A stretch of 64,000 nucleotides of DNA from Ignavibacteria bacterium (GTDB lineage: Bacteria; Bacteroidota; Ignavibacteria; Kapaibacteriales; UBA2268): contig JAOADV010000005.1 of NCBI GenBank assembly GCA_026417135.1, forward strand, positions 43,317 to 107,316. The letters run 5' to 3'. This document shows, piece after piece, positions 47,812 to 58,574 of this stretch. The position numbers and the translations under genes were made by a program. The notes under the pieces are model-generated. The model made no database searches and had not been told where the DNA came from. It saw only the letters and a program-made list of their open reading frames with translations. The number at the start of each line of letters is the position of its first letter. Position 1 is the first letter of the stretch.

Positions 47812-49034
47812 AGATATTACAAATTAGTCCTCAATTTCCCTACCCACTCGATAGTGGTGGGAAAATTGGCATTTACAACATAACTCGAACTCTTAGTTCT
47901 TTCGGAGCTAAAGTTACATTAGTAGCCTTTTCTTCGAAAGAAATACCTAATGAACACATAGCCCATTTCGAAGAATTCTGTACATTAAGACTTCTTCGTC
48001 ACTCTACCTCCAACACACTTCCGCGTATAATAAAATTTTTTTTGCTCAACAAGCCAATTCTCACAGAGAAATTTTTTACTCGAAAATCAAGAAATTTTTT
48101 CTTGGAATTATTACCCGAATTAGATTTCGATATTGTACACTTGGACCACACATCTCTATATTCTTTAGGGAAATGGGTCCAAGACCTCACAAAAAAGCCT
48201 TTTGGATTGCGACTACACAATATTGAATGGATTATTTGGAAACGTTACCTTGACGAACAAATTAAATATTCACCTCAATGGATTTTTCTTAACCAACAAA
48301 CTAAACTCTTAAAGGAGAAAGAAAAGGAAGCAATAGAAAGCGCCCAAGTTGTTTTTAGTTGTACTGACGAAGATAGAAATCGAGCGATGGAGCTTGCCAA
48401 AAAATCTAATATTGTAACCGTTAGCCCCGGTATTGACTTGAATAAATGGAAACCCGACAGAACAGCCAAAAGAAATCCAAAAGAAATTGTTTTTGCTACA
48501 ACTTTCGGTTGGGTTCATAATCTTAATGGCCTTCGCTGGTTCCTCGAAAAGGTATTTCCAATCGTAAGAAAAGAAGTTCCCGATGTCGTCTTGACAATTA
48601 TTGGGAAAGATGCTCCAAATTCTCTAAAAAATTTCACAAATGTTAGCTTAGTTGGATATGTCGATTCAGTTCAACCCTATTACAATCGAGCAAATTTAGC
48701 GATATCACCATTGTTTGTCGGTAGCGGGATTCGAGTTAAAATTTTGGAAGCTATGGCAATGGAATTACCAGTAGTCTCTACAATTGTAGGTAAAGAAGGA
48801 ATTACAGCTACAGAAGAGAACGGATTATTTGCAAGCGACAACCCAGAAGAATTTGCCACTTATGTTGTTCAATTAATCAAAAATTATGATTATGCAAGAT
48901 ATAAAGGTGAGCAAGCAAGAAAATACATTAGCGAAAACCATTCTGTCGAAAACAACATTAAGATAATTTTTTTGGAATACAAAAAAATACTCGACAAACA
49001 AATACATCAAAGTCCAAAACCTTTCTTTCCCTAA
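47808..49034 (+). CDS. Glycosyltransferase family 4
   Basis: FPYPLDSGGKI, LRLHNIEW, GSGIRVKILEAMAMELPVVST; 4-bp overlap with the GT2 gene. Confidence 0.92.
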   Translation: MKILQISPQFPYPLDSGGKIGIYNITRTLSSFGAKVTLVAFSSKEIPNEHIAHFEEFCTLRLLRHSTSNTLPRIIKFFLLNKPILTEKFFTRKSRNFFLELLPELDFDIVHLDHTSLYSLGKWVQDLTKKPFGLRLHNIEWIIWKRYLDEQIKYSPQWIFLNQQTKLLKEKEKEAIESAQVVFSCTDEDRNRAMELAKKSNIVTVSPGIDLNKWKPDRTAKRNPKEIVFATTFGWVHNLNGLRWFLEKVFPIVRKEVPDVVLTIIGKDAPNSLKNFTNVSLVGYVDSVQPYYNRANLAISPLFVGSGIRVKILEAMAMELPVVSTIVGKEGITATEENGLFASDNPEEFATYVVQLIKNYDYARYKGEQARKYISENHSVENNIKIIFLEYKKILDKQIHQSPKPFFP

Positions 49035-49045
49035 TTTTGTAGTGT

Positions 49046-50374
49046 ATGAAAATAATTAATTTCTATATTTTACGACAACACTTTGGACCTTTCCTATTTG
49101 GCACTGTTTTGGTTGTCTTCCTTTTTTTGTTTCAGTTTTTAATGAGGGACTTAGACAAGCTCGTAGGTAAAGGATTAAGTATTTGGGTAATTCTTCATTT
49201 AATCACATTAAATTTGTCTTGGATGATAGTGCTTGCAATTCCAATGGGAGTGCTATTTTCGACTTTAATGACCTTTGGAAATATGTCTGCAAATTACGAA
49301 ATAACAGCACTGAAATCTGGTGGAGCGAGCTTTTTCCAAATGTTTTCTTCTGTTTTGATATTTTCATTCCTACTATTTTTATTCCTCCTTTGGTTTAACG
49401 ACCGAGTTCTGCCAGAATCCAACCACCAGGCAAAAATTTTAATGATGGACATAAACAGAAAAAAACCAACGTTTGCCTTAGAAGCAGGGCAATTTTCTAC
49501 TCTTATCGAAAATTACACTATTCTTGCACGGTGGGTCGATTCAATCTCCAATAGTATAACCGGGATAAACATTTACGATTTGTCCGATTCGTATAAAACA
49601 AGCACAATTTCGGCAGACTCGGGATTTGTCCTCTTTCTGCCAAACATCAGCAAATTCTTGTTCACTTTATACAAAGGCGAAGTTCTTCAAGTAGTCCCAT
49701 ATGATTTACACAATTATAAAAAGATAAAGTTCGAAAGGCTGGAATTAATGCTGGATGCACGTGGCTTTCTTTTAGAAAGAAGTAACGAAGCAATGGTTAG
49801 CCGAAGCGACCGAGAAATGAGTATTCAAGATATGCAAGAAATCGTTAATGCTGCAAGAAACGCTGCAAGAGAAACCGAAAAAAAACTTGAAAAAATAGTA
49901 ACTACACCAGCTCTTGCTATTGTTAAAACAGATAATCTCGATTCGGCAACGATAGATGGACTAAAAGATTTAGTCTCTCGGGATATTTCATACTTGGAAA
50001 CACAGTTAACATCGGAATCATATAGAATGTTCGATTTAGAAACGCGGGCTCGACAATACGAAGTCGAAATTCACAAAAAGTATGCTATTCCATTTGCTTG
50101 CATTGTCTTTACTTTAGTAGGATGCCCATTGGGTATGCTCACTCGTCGAGGTAACTTCGGGATAGCTGCAGCAATATCTATTGGTTTTTACATTTTTTAC
50201 TGGGCTTGTCTTATAGGTGGAGAAAAACTCGCCGACCGCGGCTATATTTCATCATTTTGGAGTATGTGGATTGGAAATTTTTTAATCCTTATATTTTCAA
50301 TTTATTTGATAATTCGAGTTAACTATGAGGTTTTTTCGCGTGAAATAATTTTTTCAATATTCAGAAGACAATAA
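49046..50374 (+). CDS. LptF/LptG family LPS export permease
   Basis: LAIPMGVLFSTLMTFGNMSANYEITALKSGG, EIHKKYAIPFAC, six TM helices. Confidence 0.9.
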   Translation: MKIINFYILRQHFGPFLFGTVLVVFLFLFQFLMRDLDKLVGKGLSIWVILHLITLNLSWMIVLAIPMGVLFSTLMTFGNMSANYEITALKSGGASFFQMFSSVLIFSFLLFLFLLWFNDRVLPESNHQAKILMMDINRKKPTFALEAGQFSTLIENYTILARWVDSISNSITGINIYDLSDSYKTSTISADSGFVLFLPNISKFLFTLYKGEVLQVVPYDLHNYKKIKFERLELMLDARGFLLERSNEAMVSRSDREMSIQDMQEIVNAARNAARETEKKLEKIVTTPALAIVKTDNLDSATIDGLKDLVSRDISYLETQLTSESYRMFDLETRARQYEVEIHKKYAIPFACIVFTLVGCPLGMLTRRGNFGIAAAISIGFYIFYWACLIGGEKLADRGYISSFWSMWIGNFLILIFSIYLIIRVNYEVFSREIIFSIFRRQ

Positions 50375-50408
50375 AATAATGTATCACTTCTTTAGGAGAT
50401 AAGATTCT

Positions 50409-51740
50409 ATGTCGTACAAAATATGTGTTGTAGGAACTGGCTATGTTGGACTCGTTTCGGGTGCCACACTTGCCGCTACTGGTAACTACGTTACCTGCGT
50501 CGATATCGATGAACACAAGGTCAAACTATTAAATCAAGGCATTCCAACAATTTATGAGCCTGGACTCGAACCCATATTAAAACAAAACATCGAGGAAGAA
50601 AGGCTTTATTTTACCACAAATCTTGAAGAAGCTGTTCTATCTTCATTAGTAATATTTCTTTGCTTGCCTACCCCACCAAACGAAGATGGGTCCGCTGATT
50701 TACAACACATCCTAAAAGTTGTTCGCGAAATTGGGGATATTTTCAAACGGCACAATATAGTCGAGCAAAGAATTATTGTAAACAAAAGCACTGTACCAGT
50801 AGGAACAGCAGACCTTGTAAAATCAATTTTAGACGAGACGTTTCCAGAAAATAACATCGCAGTCGCAAGTAATCCCGAATTTCTTCGCGAAGGTTTTGCT
50901 GTAGAAGACTCGTTAAAACCAGAGCGAATTGTGATTGGAACCCGAAGCAAATTTGCAGAAGAAATACTACGCGACTTATATGAACCATTTGTTAGAAGTG
51001 GTAACCCAATTTACGTTTTCGACGAAAGAACATCAGAACTTGTCAAGTATTCTGCAAACGCTTTTTTAGCAACAAAAATTTCTTTTATGAACGAGCTTTC
51101 CGCACTTTGTGAAGTCGTCGGTGCGGATATCGAAAAGGTCAGAATTGGAATTGGTTCGGATAGCCGTATTGGTCGCCGATTTTTATTTGCTGGAATCGGA
51201 TTCGGTGGGTCTTGTTTCCCAAAAGATATTAGAGCATTATTGAAATTATCCGAAGAATATGGCGTCCAACTTAACATCGTTAAATCCACTTACGAAGCAA
51301 ATTTGCGACAAATCAAAAGATTTATCGATAAAATTCTTAACAGATTCGAAAATAACCTTCATAATAAAAAGTTTGCATTGTGGGGTCTTTCTTTTAAGCC
51401 CAATACCGACGATATACGCGAAGCTCCCGCTTTCAAGATAATTGACTCTTTACTCGAAAAATCAGCTGAAATTTGTGCCTACGACCCTGCCGCAATGGAA
51501 AACGCTAAAAAACACTATGGGACAAAAATTTGTTTCGAAAAAAATATGTATGACTGCCTACAAAATGCTGACGCATTAATTATTGCCACCGAATGGAATC
51601 AATTTCGAAATCCAGACTTTTCAACCATAAAAAATAAATTAAAGAATCCAATTATTTTCGATGGAAGAAATCTATATACATTCGAAGAAATGGATAAATT
51701 CGGTTTTGAATATTATTGCGTTGGACGGCAGAAAAAGTAG
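50409..51740 (+). CDS. ugd: UDP-glucose 6-dehydrogenase
   Basis: VGTGYVGLV, NKSTVPVGT, NPEFLREG, KYSANAFLATKISF, GFGGSCFPKD; AGGAG RBS. Confidence 0.94.
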   Translation: MSYKICVVGTGYVGLVSGATLAATGNYVTCVDIDEHKVKLLNQGIPTIYEPGLEPILKQNIEEERLYFTTNLEEAVLSSLVIFLCLPTPPNEDGSADLQHILKVVREIGDIFKRHNIVEQRIIVNKSTVPVGTADLVKSILDETFPENNIAVASNPEFLREGFAVEDSLKPERIVIGTRSKFAEEILRDLYEPFVRSGNPIYVFDERTSELVKYSANAFLATKISFMNELSALCEVVGADIEKVRIGIGSDSRIGRRFLFAGIGFGGSCFPKDIRALLKLSEEYGVQLNIVKSTYEANLRQIKRFIDKILNRFENNLHNKKFALWGLSFKPNTDDIREAPAFKIIDSLLEKSAEICAYDPAAMENAKKHYGTKICFEKNMYDCLQNADALIIATEWNQFRNPDFSTIKNKLKNPIIFDGRNLYTFEEMDKFGFEYYCVGRQKK

Positions 51741-51978
51741 CAATTATAAATAAATTTTTTTTCAAACTCCAAACACATTCTAATTACTAAGAGATATTTA
51801 TTAATAATTGATTTATGTTTTGACCGGGAAAAAAGATTAAAAAAACCAAAATATCACTCGAGTTCCTCCAACAGACTTTAATATGTTTTTGTGTAAATTA
51901 TTCAAAATTAAGTTGAGTTTGAAGCAAAATAACTGGCAATTTCTTGGGGAAATTTCGAGCAAAAGTTAAATCTAAAAA

Positions 51979-52833
51979 CTAATCGAACCTCTTTTGATAA
52001 AAATGGCAATAAGGGGTTTTCCCGTGCTTCGAGTAATAGTCTTGGTGATAGTCTTCTGCAACCCAAAATTCTTCGAACTTTTCTAATTTTGTAGCAACAT
52101 TATATTTTTTATCTTTTAATGTATGAATCAATTCTTCTGCTATTTTCTTCTGAGTTTCGTCAACATAGAAAATAACAGAGCGATACTGTGTGCCAATATC
52201 TGGTCCTTGCCGATTGATTTGGGTTGGGTCGTGTATTTCGAAGAAATATTTTAATAAATCTTTATATGTTATAACATTGGGATTAAATTCAACCTTCACA
52301 GTTTCAGCGTGACCAGTAGTACCAGTGCAAACTTCATCATAAGTCGGATTTTCCTTGGTGCCACCAGAATATCCGACGGTAGTAGAAATTACCCCATCAA
52401 GTTGCTTTAACAAATGTTCAACTCCCCAAAAACAACCCCCAGCAAGGTAAGCAACTTGCAAGTGTATGTCCTTTTCTGGAACAAAATTTAGAGAAAGAGA
52501 ATTTACACAATGACGAACATTTTTGGGAGTTAAATTTTCCCCAAAGAAAATATGACCAAGATGTGCCCCACAGTTAGCACAAACAATTTCTGTTCGAATA
52601 CCGTCAGAATCGGGCAATTTCCGAACCGCACCAGCAATTTCGTCGTCGAAGCTGGGCCAACCTGAGCCTGAATCAAATTTATCGAGCGAACGATACAAAG
52701 GCGTATTACAACGTTTGCAAGTGTAAATCCCTTTCTCGAAATGTTTATAATACTTACCAGAAAAGGGTGGCTCCGTACCTTTATGTATAATTATCCGTTC
52801 TTCTTCGGGAGTTAATTTATTGTAGTTATCCAT
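51979..52833 (-). CDS. msrAB: Bifunctional methionine sulfoxide reductase MsrB-MsrA fusion
   Basis: MsrB: GTEPPFSG, CKRC/CANC, GWPSF, RHCVNS; MsrA: AGGCFWGVE, TGHAE, AEDYHQDY. ATG 52833 has AAGGA 7 nt upstream (track start 52929). Confidence 0.95.
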   Translation of the reverse strand: MDNYNKLTPEEERIIIHKGTEPPFSGKYYKHFEKGIYTCKRCNTPLYRSLDKFDSGSGWPSFDDEIAGAVRKLPDSDGIRTEIVCANCGAHLGHIFFGENLTPKNVRHCVNSLSLNFVPEKDIHLQVAYLAGGCFWGVEHLLKQLDGVISTTVGYSGGTKENPTYDEVCTGTTGHAETVKVEFNPNVITYKDLLKYFFEIHDPTQINRQGPDIGTQYRSVIFYVDETQKKIAEELIHTLKDKKYNVATKLEKFEEFWVAEDYHQDYYSKHGKTPYCHFYQKRFD

Positions 52834-53384
52834 CCAAACATCCTTTATGAAAAATACGAAACTAAGAACAAAATTAATGCATATAAAACACAAACTGAAA
52901 ATCAAGCATCCACCTGCAAACTTTACCAAAAAGTAAAATACGTCGTAAAAAAACTATAACTGTTAAGTAATCAAAAATAATTTACGCAGAAAAAAATAAA
53001 ATAAACGAAATCATACACCGAGTATTTTTCCCATCAATATTTGCTTTTCAAAGGAATTTTTCGGATTTTGCTAGGAGAAAGTAAATTTTTTTTCCACTGT
53101 AGAATTTTTTACACAAAATTTTTTGCGACTAATAATTTTTTAATTTTTTAATTTTAATTAAAAATTATGTTCATTCGACTTACAAATCTAAGTCCTTACA
53201 TTACATAAAGTTCAAAAAACTATACCTCCGATAATTTTTGACTTGGCAATGGAAAAATTACTCAAAAATTAAATTTTATTCATTAAAAAAAATTAATTGC
53301 AAGTTTCTAACACTATTATTTTATTGCACTTTTGTTCTTTATATAATCACTGAAAAGATATTACGAATAACATAAAGGGGTTGT

Positions 53385-54227
53385 ATGCAATTTATATACC
53401 AACTTAAAATCAAAACTTTAATTTTGCTGGTAATTTCCCCCTTTTTGTTATTATACTTTGTAAATCCCCCCGAAACATTTTCGAAAAAAGCAAAAAAAAC
53501 AAGTGAGCTCAAAAAGAAAAAAAAGAAAAAGGCAAGCCGACATTACAACCCACAAAAAACTAAAGCAGAGGCTCTAAATATATTGAATTCCTCCAGTGCT
53601 AATTACCTTCTCCAACTCGCTAACGGAGAAATAGAAGAAGATGATTTCATCCTTCTGGATTCATTAATTTTAGACCAAGGCGACGACCCAATTGAATTGG
53701 AAATCGAAGACGACAAGCCAATCGACCTCGATGTCTTTAGAACTATGTACATAAGTTACGTCGAAGGCGACGACTATATGCAAATCGGAGGCAATCTATT
53801 TTCGGGTATTAGTAAGAAAAAAATTATGGAGAATATTCTAAAGTGGCTTGGGACACCATATTATTTCGGTGGAACTACCAATCGAGGAATAGATTGTTCT
53901 GCATTCACAAGACAAATTTTTTACTCCTCTGCTCGTATCCTCCTACCACGCACAGCAAGAGAACAAATTAATATTGGAATTCCCATAAAAAGAAATCGAC
54001 TTGAATTTGGAGACCTTGTCTTCTTCCACACACGTCGCCACGCATATGTTTCCCACGTCGGCATATACCTTGGCGATAATCTCTTTGTCCATTCAAGTTC
54101 TCGCTATGGTGTTACGGTTTCCTCTTTGGAAAGCAAATATTATAGCTCTCGATTTATTGGTGCACGCAGACTCACCCCAAACGACTTTTCCAAACTATCG
54201 AAATCAGAAGCCTTTTTAGAAGACTAA
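53385..54227 (+). CDS. C40 (NlpC/P60) cell-wall peptidase
   Basis: WLGTPYYFGG, IDCSAF, GDLVFF, HVGIYLG...FVHSS; N-terminal TM/signal; GGGG RBS. Confidence 0.93.
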   Translation: MQFIYQLKIKTLILLVISPFLLLYFVNPPETFSKKAKKTSELKKKKKKKASRHYNPQKTKAEALNILNSSSANYLLQLANGEIEEDDFILLDSLILDQGDDPIELEIEDDKPIDLDVFRTMYISYVEGDDYMQIGGNLFSGISKKKIMENILKWLGTPYYFGGTTNRGIDCSAFTRQIFYSSARILLPRTAREQINIGIPIKRNRLEFGDLVFFHTRRHAYVSHVGIYLGDNLFVHSSSRYGVTVSSLESKYYSSRFIGARRLTPNDFSKLSKSEAFLED

Positions 54228-54269
54228 AATTTCTTAATTTGTGTACTTCTATATCATAGCATTTTTTAA

Positions 54270-54896
54270 ATGCACGATATTTTTTTTAGTGTAATAATTA
54301 CAACATACAATCGATTAGAACTGCTTAAGAGAGCAATTAATTCCTTGATTTCACAATATGAAAAACAATGGGAAGCTATCATTGTCGACGATGGAAGCAC
54401 CGACAATACCCACTTTTACTCTATTTCACTTTGCAAGGAAGATAATCGTTTTGTTTATATTTACCAATCGAACAAAGGCTCAGCATATGCCCGGGAAATT
54501 GGAATAAAACTGGCAAACGGTTTATACATTACCTTCCTTGATTCCGACGACGAATACGAAACGAACCATTTATCGATGAGAAAAAGAATACTCATCGAAA
54601 ATCCATTTATCGATTTTCTTTACGGTGGTTATAAAGTAATTGGGTCAAAATATGTCCCCGATATAAATAACCCTCGAAAACTAATTTCGCTCGAGAAATG
54701 CGTCGTCGGAGGAACTTTTTTCATCCGAAAAGAACAAATTTCTAAACTTGGTGGCATCCCAAAATTAGAATACGGTGAAGACGCTCGGCTCTTCGAAGTA
54801 GCTAAAAACATTGGATTAAAAGTCGTTCGTGTTGATTATCCCACCTATATCTATCATCGAGAACATTCTAATACTCAGACAAAAAACAAAAGATGA
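54270..54896 (+). CDS. Glycosyltransferase family 2 (short)
   Basis: FSVIITTYNR, IVDDGSTD, TFLDSDD, GED. Confidence 0.9.
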   Translation: MHDIFFSVIITTYNRLELLKRAINSLISQYEKQWEAIIVDDGSTDNTHFYSISLCKEDNRFVYIYQSNKGSAYAREIGIKLANGLYITFLDSDDEYETNHLSMRKRILIENPFIDFLYGGYKVIGSKYVPDINNPRKLISLEKCVVGGTFFIRKEQISKLGGIPKLEYGEDARLFEVAKNIGLKVVRVDYPTYIYHREHSNTQTKNKR

Positions 54897-55534
54897 AGAA
54901 AAAGGAAAAAGTTAAAAAAGTAATAGAAATCTTAGAGAAAGAATTTCCAGATGCAAAAATTAGGCTAAATCATTCTTCTTCTTTTGAATTACTTGTCGCA
55001 ACAATTTTATCGGCTCAATGCACAGACGAAAGGGTAAACATTGTAACTAAAAAACTTTTTGAACAATATCGTAATCCAAGTGATTTTTCCAAACTTAAAC
55101 CCGAAGAACTAGAAAAAATAATATTTTCAACTGGATATTATAAATCCAAGGCAAAACATATCATCGAAAGCTCAAAGAAAATATTAGCTGAGTTCAATGG
55201 AGAAGTCCCAAGTAATTTAAGTGACCTTACAAAATTGCCGGGAGTTGGAAGGAAAACAGCCAACGTGATTTTATCTCATATTTTCAACAAACCCACTATC
55301 GTCGTCGACACTCACGTTGTCAAAATCACAAACCGATTGGGATTAGTAGCAACAAAGGACCCAAAAAAAATAGAATTCGAACTAATGAAAATCGTCCCGA
55401 AAGATAAATGGGTCAATTTCACTCATCTTTTAATAGCACACGGTCGCAAATTTTGTTTAAGTCGAAAACCAAAGTGTGCAATCTGCCCCATTAATAACTT
55501 TTGCGAATTTCAAAAAAACATTGAAACTTTTTGA
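54893..55534 (+). CDS. nth: Endonuclease III
   Basis: LLVATILSAQCTD, HhH LPGVGRKTAN, VDTHV, 4Fe-4S motif C..RKPKC..CP....C. Confidence 0.97.
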   Translation: MKKKEKVKKVIEILEKEFPDAKIRLNHSSSFELLVATILSAQCTDERVNIVTKKLFEQYRNPSDFSKLKPEELEKIIFSTGYYKSKAKHIIESSKKILAEFNGEVPSNLSDLTKLPGVGRKTANVILSHIFNKPTIVVDTHVVKITNRLGLVATKDPKKIEFELMKIVPKDKWVNFTHLLIAHGRKFCLSRKPKCAICPINNFCEFQKNIETF

Positions 55535-55568
55535 TATTTTAAGTGTTTAAATTTTTTTTATTATTAAG

Positions 55569-58500
55569 ATGGTTAAAATGATAAAAATATATTTTTCCTT
55601 TTTTTTAAGTTTTTTCTTTGTTACTAATGTTTCGTTAAGCCAAAAAGAGATAATAAAAGATAGCAAAGGAACAGACTTTTGGCTTACCTTTCTTCCAAAT
55701 TATCATAATAATTACTATCAAAATGACCCAAGATTGAAATATGGTGATTCCTTATACATTTTCATAACTTGCTCTGAACCAACAACTGGCAAAATTGAAT
55801 TTTGGAGTAGAGATGAAGTTTACAATTCTATTAATTTTGTTATTACCGACCCAACACAGGTTTATGTATTCAAAGTACCTTCTTTCGACTACTGTTTAAC
55901 AGGATACAATCAAAGTAGTGTAATAAATCACAATACAACAGCAAATCAAAACGAAAGAATTGCGAAAAATTCTTTCCACATAACAAGCGAAAAAGAAGTA
56001 ACCGTTTATGGTTTAAATCAAGCAGTAACAACATCGGATGCATTTCTTGCTTTGCCTACCGACGTTTTAGATAAGAGATACTTTATTCTAAGTTACGACA
56101 GTGATGGCTCTGTCGATTTCTTTCCGCCATACAACTTGCAGGGCAGCAGTACACCTTCGGAATTTGCAATAGTTGCAACCGAAGACAACACGAGTATTAC
56201 TATTTTCCCAAGTTCCCCTACTGCAAGAAATGGATTGAACGTTCAAAATATAAGACTAAACAAAGGGGAAGTTTATCTTGTTCAAGCTAACATCGACCCA
56301 ACAAATTTGAATGGCGACTTGACTGGCACAGAAATTCGTTCATCCAAACCTATCGCAGTCTTTTCGGGACATCAACGAGCAAAAATTCCTATTAGCATCT
56401 CGGTGAATAATCCTTCGAGAGATATTTTAACCGAACAAATCCCACCCGTTTCAACTTGGGGGAAAAATTCTATCGTCGTTCCTTTTGCTAAATCCCAAAG
56501 CGAAATAAGAGAAGGGACCGACTTGTTCCGAGTCCTTGCCGCCGAAGATAATACCGAAATTTACCTTAATGGAAACAAAGTTACAACCATTAACCAAGGT
56601 GAGTATTACGAACGTGAATTAACCCAGCCATATTTCGTCTCTTCCAACAAGCCAATCCTTGTCGGTGCATTTAAAAAGACTTGTGGTTCTGGCCAAACTT
56701 ATTCTGGCGACCCATTTTTCGCAATTATGCCACCAACCGAACAGTATATGAAAAGTTATCGAGTTATTAACTCACAAGCATACGAATTAAGCAGAAATTA
56801 TCCTAACACATACCAAAAGGTTTACTTAGAACAATACATATCAATAGTAATTCCGCGAGCCTCTTGGCAAAGCTTTCGAATAGATGGTTTACCCTTATCC
56901 GCTGCACAAATTCAATCCATTCCGGGTTCAGAGTATGTTTACGCAAATATAAGGGTTAATGATGGCGTCCACTTCTGTGTTGCCGACACTGGCTTTGGTA
57001 TAGTCGTTTACGGCTATGGACAAGCAAATTCTTATGGTTACATAGGTGGTTGCAACTTCGAAGTTTTAAACTTCCTCGACCCTCAAATTGCTTTCTTACA
57101 AACAGACAGCTGTTTTGTTCGGAATGGCTTTGCGTTCAAACGAAGAGCAATCGATGCTTCTTTAAACAACTTGATAACTATCGACTCACTGACTCAAAAC
57201 TGTTACAAACACTATGAATTTCGTCATAATGATACAATCTATTTTGGATTTCGGCTGATAGACTCTTTGTTGGATGGTCGTTTCGCCGTTTGTGTTGTCG
57301 ATACAATGAACTTAAAAAGTCAAGTTATCGAGGAATGGATACCCGGTTTTACAGTAGCATTAGAACCGTCATCACAGGGGATGCCCTATTTTTCCTCGCA
57401 GATTGCTGCGGGAAAAGCTTTTTGTACCGAGATAAACCTCATCAATTATGGTAGATTCGAGCAAATTATAGAACGGATGTACTTGAAAAACTCTAAAATT
57501 TCTTCTAATTCTTTAACTAAATTAACCATACAACCCGGAGGAAAAGTCGTCGTTCCCTTCTGCATACAATTCAACAAAGACACAACAATTGTGGATACTT
57601 TGATTATCGAAAACTCTTGCACAAGCCGCCAAATATTAGCTTTAAAAGTAGTTTTCGTTTCTGATGAAACAAAACCAAAAGTTACAATTCTTAAAGACAG
57701 TTGCTTCACTTATGTGGATGTAAATATAAGCGACAGTTTAGAAATCGACAAAGGTTTAAGAAAAGTAGAAGTCGTTCAAAATAAAAACTGCGAAATTACA
57801 ATCGATGAAAAACTCCCGGAAAAGGTTGATATCAAGATTAGGATAATAGATATTTTTCAAGATACTTATTTAGGTATAGTTGCAGAAGATTCAGTTGGCA
57901 ACGAAATTCAATTTTACGATACAATCCCAGGTTTTACCCTATCTGTAAGCAATTACCCCCGAGATACTATAATCAATTTAGGTCCTTTACCAGTAGGTTC
58001 TTTAAAATGCTATAACTTAGAACTATATAATTATGGAAACCACCTTTTACCATTAGAAAAAATATACTTTTCGAAGAACCGAAATTTTTCAATTATACCT
58101 TCGAGCTTACCAGTTCGTATCCCACCCCGCAGTTTAGTCCCGCTAACATATTGTTTCAATCCTAATGAAACAAATACATACTACGATACTCTAAACATTG
58201 AATTTTATTGTACAAATCAGAAGTTTGTATTCTTTGGAATAGGTATCCCTATCGAACTTGAATCTATGTCAAATTGTAAAGTTCTGGTAAAATCTAAAAT
58301 TGATAAATCTTTAAACAACTCGAACCATAGCGATATTTTCCCAAATCCAGCAAATAGAACAATATATATATCGCCCGACAAAAATTTCCAAGGCGAATTA
58401 AAAGTAACCATTGCCGACATCATTGGTAACAAAATGCTTGAATACACTTTAATTAATTTCAAAAGCTCTTTAGTAGAAATTGACATTTCTGACTTTCCGA

Positions 58501-58574
58501 TTGGAACTTACTTCGTAATCTTGAAAGACTCCAATGGAAACTTTATGCTTAAAAATTTTCTAAAAATTGATTAA
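55569..58574 (+). CDS. Secreted IgGFc-binding-domain protein with Ig-like repeats and T9SS C-terminal domain
   Basis: DSKGTDFWLTFLPN, FHITS...VTVY.LN...TSDAFLALP, PSEFAIVATEDNT, YGYGQANSYGY (IgGFc_binding-like); C-terminal IFPNPAN...DIIGN...PIGTYFVIL...KNFLKID. Confidence 0.85.
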   Translation: MVKMIKIYFSFFLSFFFVTNVSLSQKEIIKDSKGTDFWLTFLPNYHNNYYQNDPRLKYGDSLYIFITCSEPTTGKIEFWSRDEVYNSINFVITDPTQVYVFKVPSFDYCLTGYNQSSVINHNTTANQNERIAKNSFHITSEKEVTVYGLNQAVTTSDAFLALPTDVLDKRYFILSYDSDGSVDFFPPYNLQGSSTPSEFAIVATEDNTSITIFPSSPTARNGLNVQNIRLNKGEVYLVQANIDPTNLNGDLTGTEIRSSKPIAVFSGHQRAKIPISISVNNPSRDILTEQIPPVSTWGKNSIVVPFAKSQSEIREGTDLFRVLAAEDNTEIYLNGNKVTTINQGEYYERELTQPYFVSSNKPILVGAFKKTCGSGQTYSGDPFFAIMPPTEQYMKSYRVINSQAYELSRNYPNTYQKVYLEQYISIVIPRASWQSFRIDGLPLSAAQIQSIPGSEYVYANIRVNDGVHFCVADTGFGIVVYGYGQANSYGYIGGCNFEVLNFLDPQIAFLQTDSCFVRNGFAFKRRAIDASLNNLITIDSLTQNCYKHYEFRHNDTIYFGFRLIDSLLDGRFAVCVVDTMNLKSQVIEEWIPGFTVALEPSSQGMPYFSSQIAAGKAFCTEINLINYGRFEQIIERMYLKNSKISSNSLTKLTIQPGGKVVVPFCIQFNKDTTIVDTLIIENSCTSRQILALKVVFVSDETKPKVTILKDSCFTYVDVNISDSLEIDKGLRKVEVVQNKNCEITIDEKLPEKVDIKIRIIDIFQDTYLGIVAEDSVGNEIQFYDTIPGFTLSVSNYPRDTIINLGPLPVGSLKCYNLELYNYGNHLLPLEKIYFSKNRNFSIIPSSLPVRIPPRSLVPLTYCFNPNETNTYYDTLNIEFYCTNQKFVFFGIGIPIELESMSNCKVLVKSKIDKSLNNSNHSDIFPNPANRTIYISPDKNFQGELKVTIADIIGNKMLEYTLINFKSSLVEIDISDFPIGTYFVILKDSNGNFMLKNFLKID

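Noticed and set aside
52834-52929. Hydrophobic N-terminal extension of MsrAB (possible signal peptide)
   Set aside because: It needs a TTG start without an RBS, whereas ATG 52833 has AAGGA at proper spacing. Not fully excluded.
53177-53194. Inverted repeat GACTTA-N6-TAAGTC in the msrAB/C40 divergent spacer
   Set aside because: A single 6-bp arm pair with no second copy found; compatible with chance.
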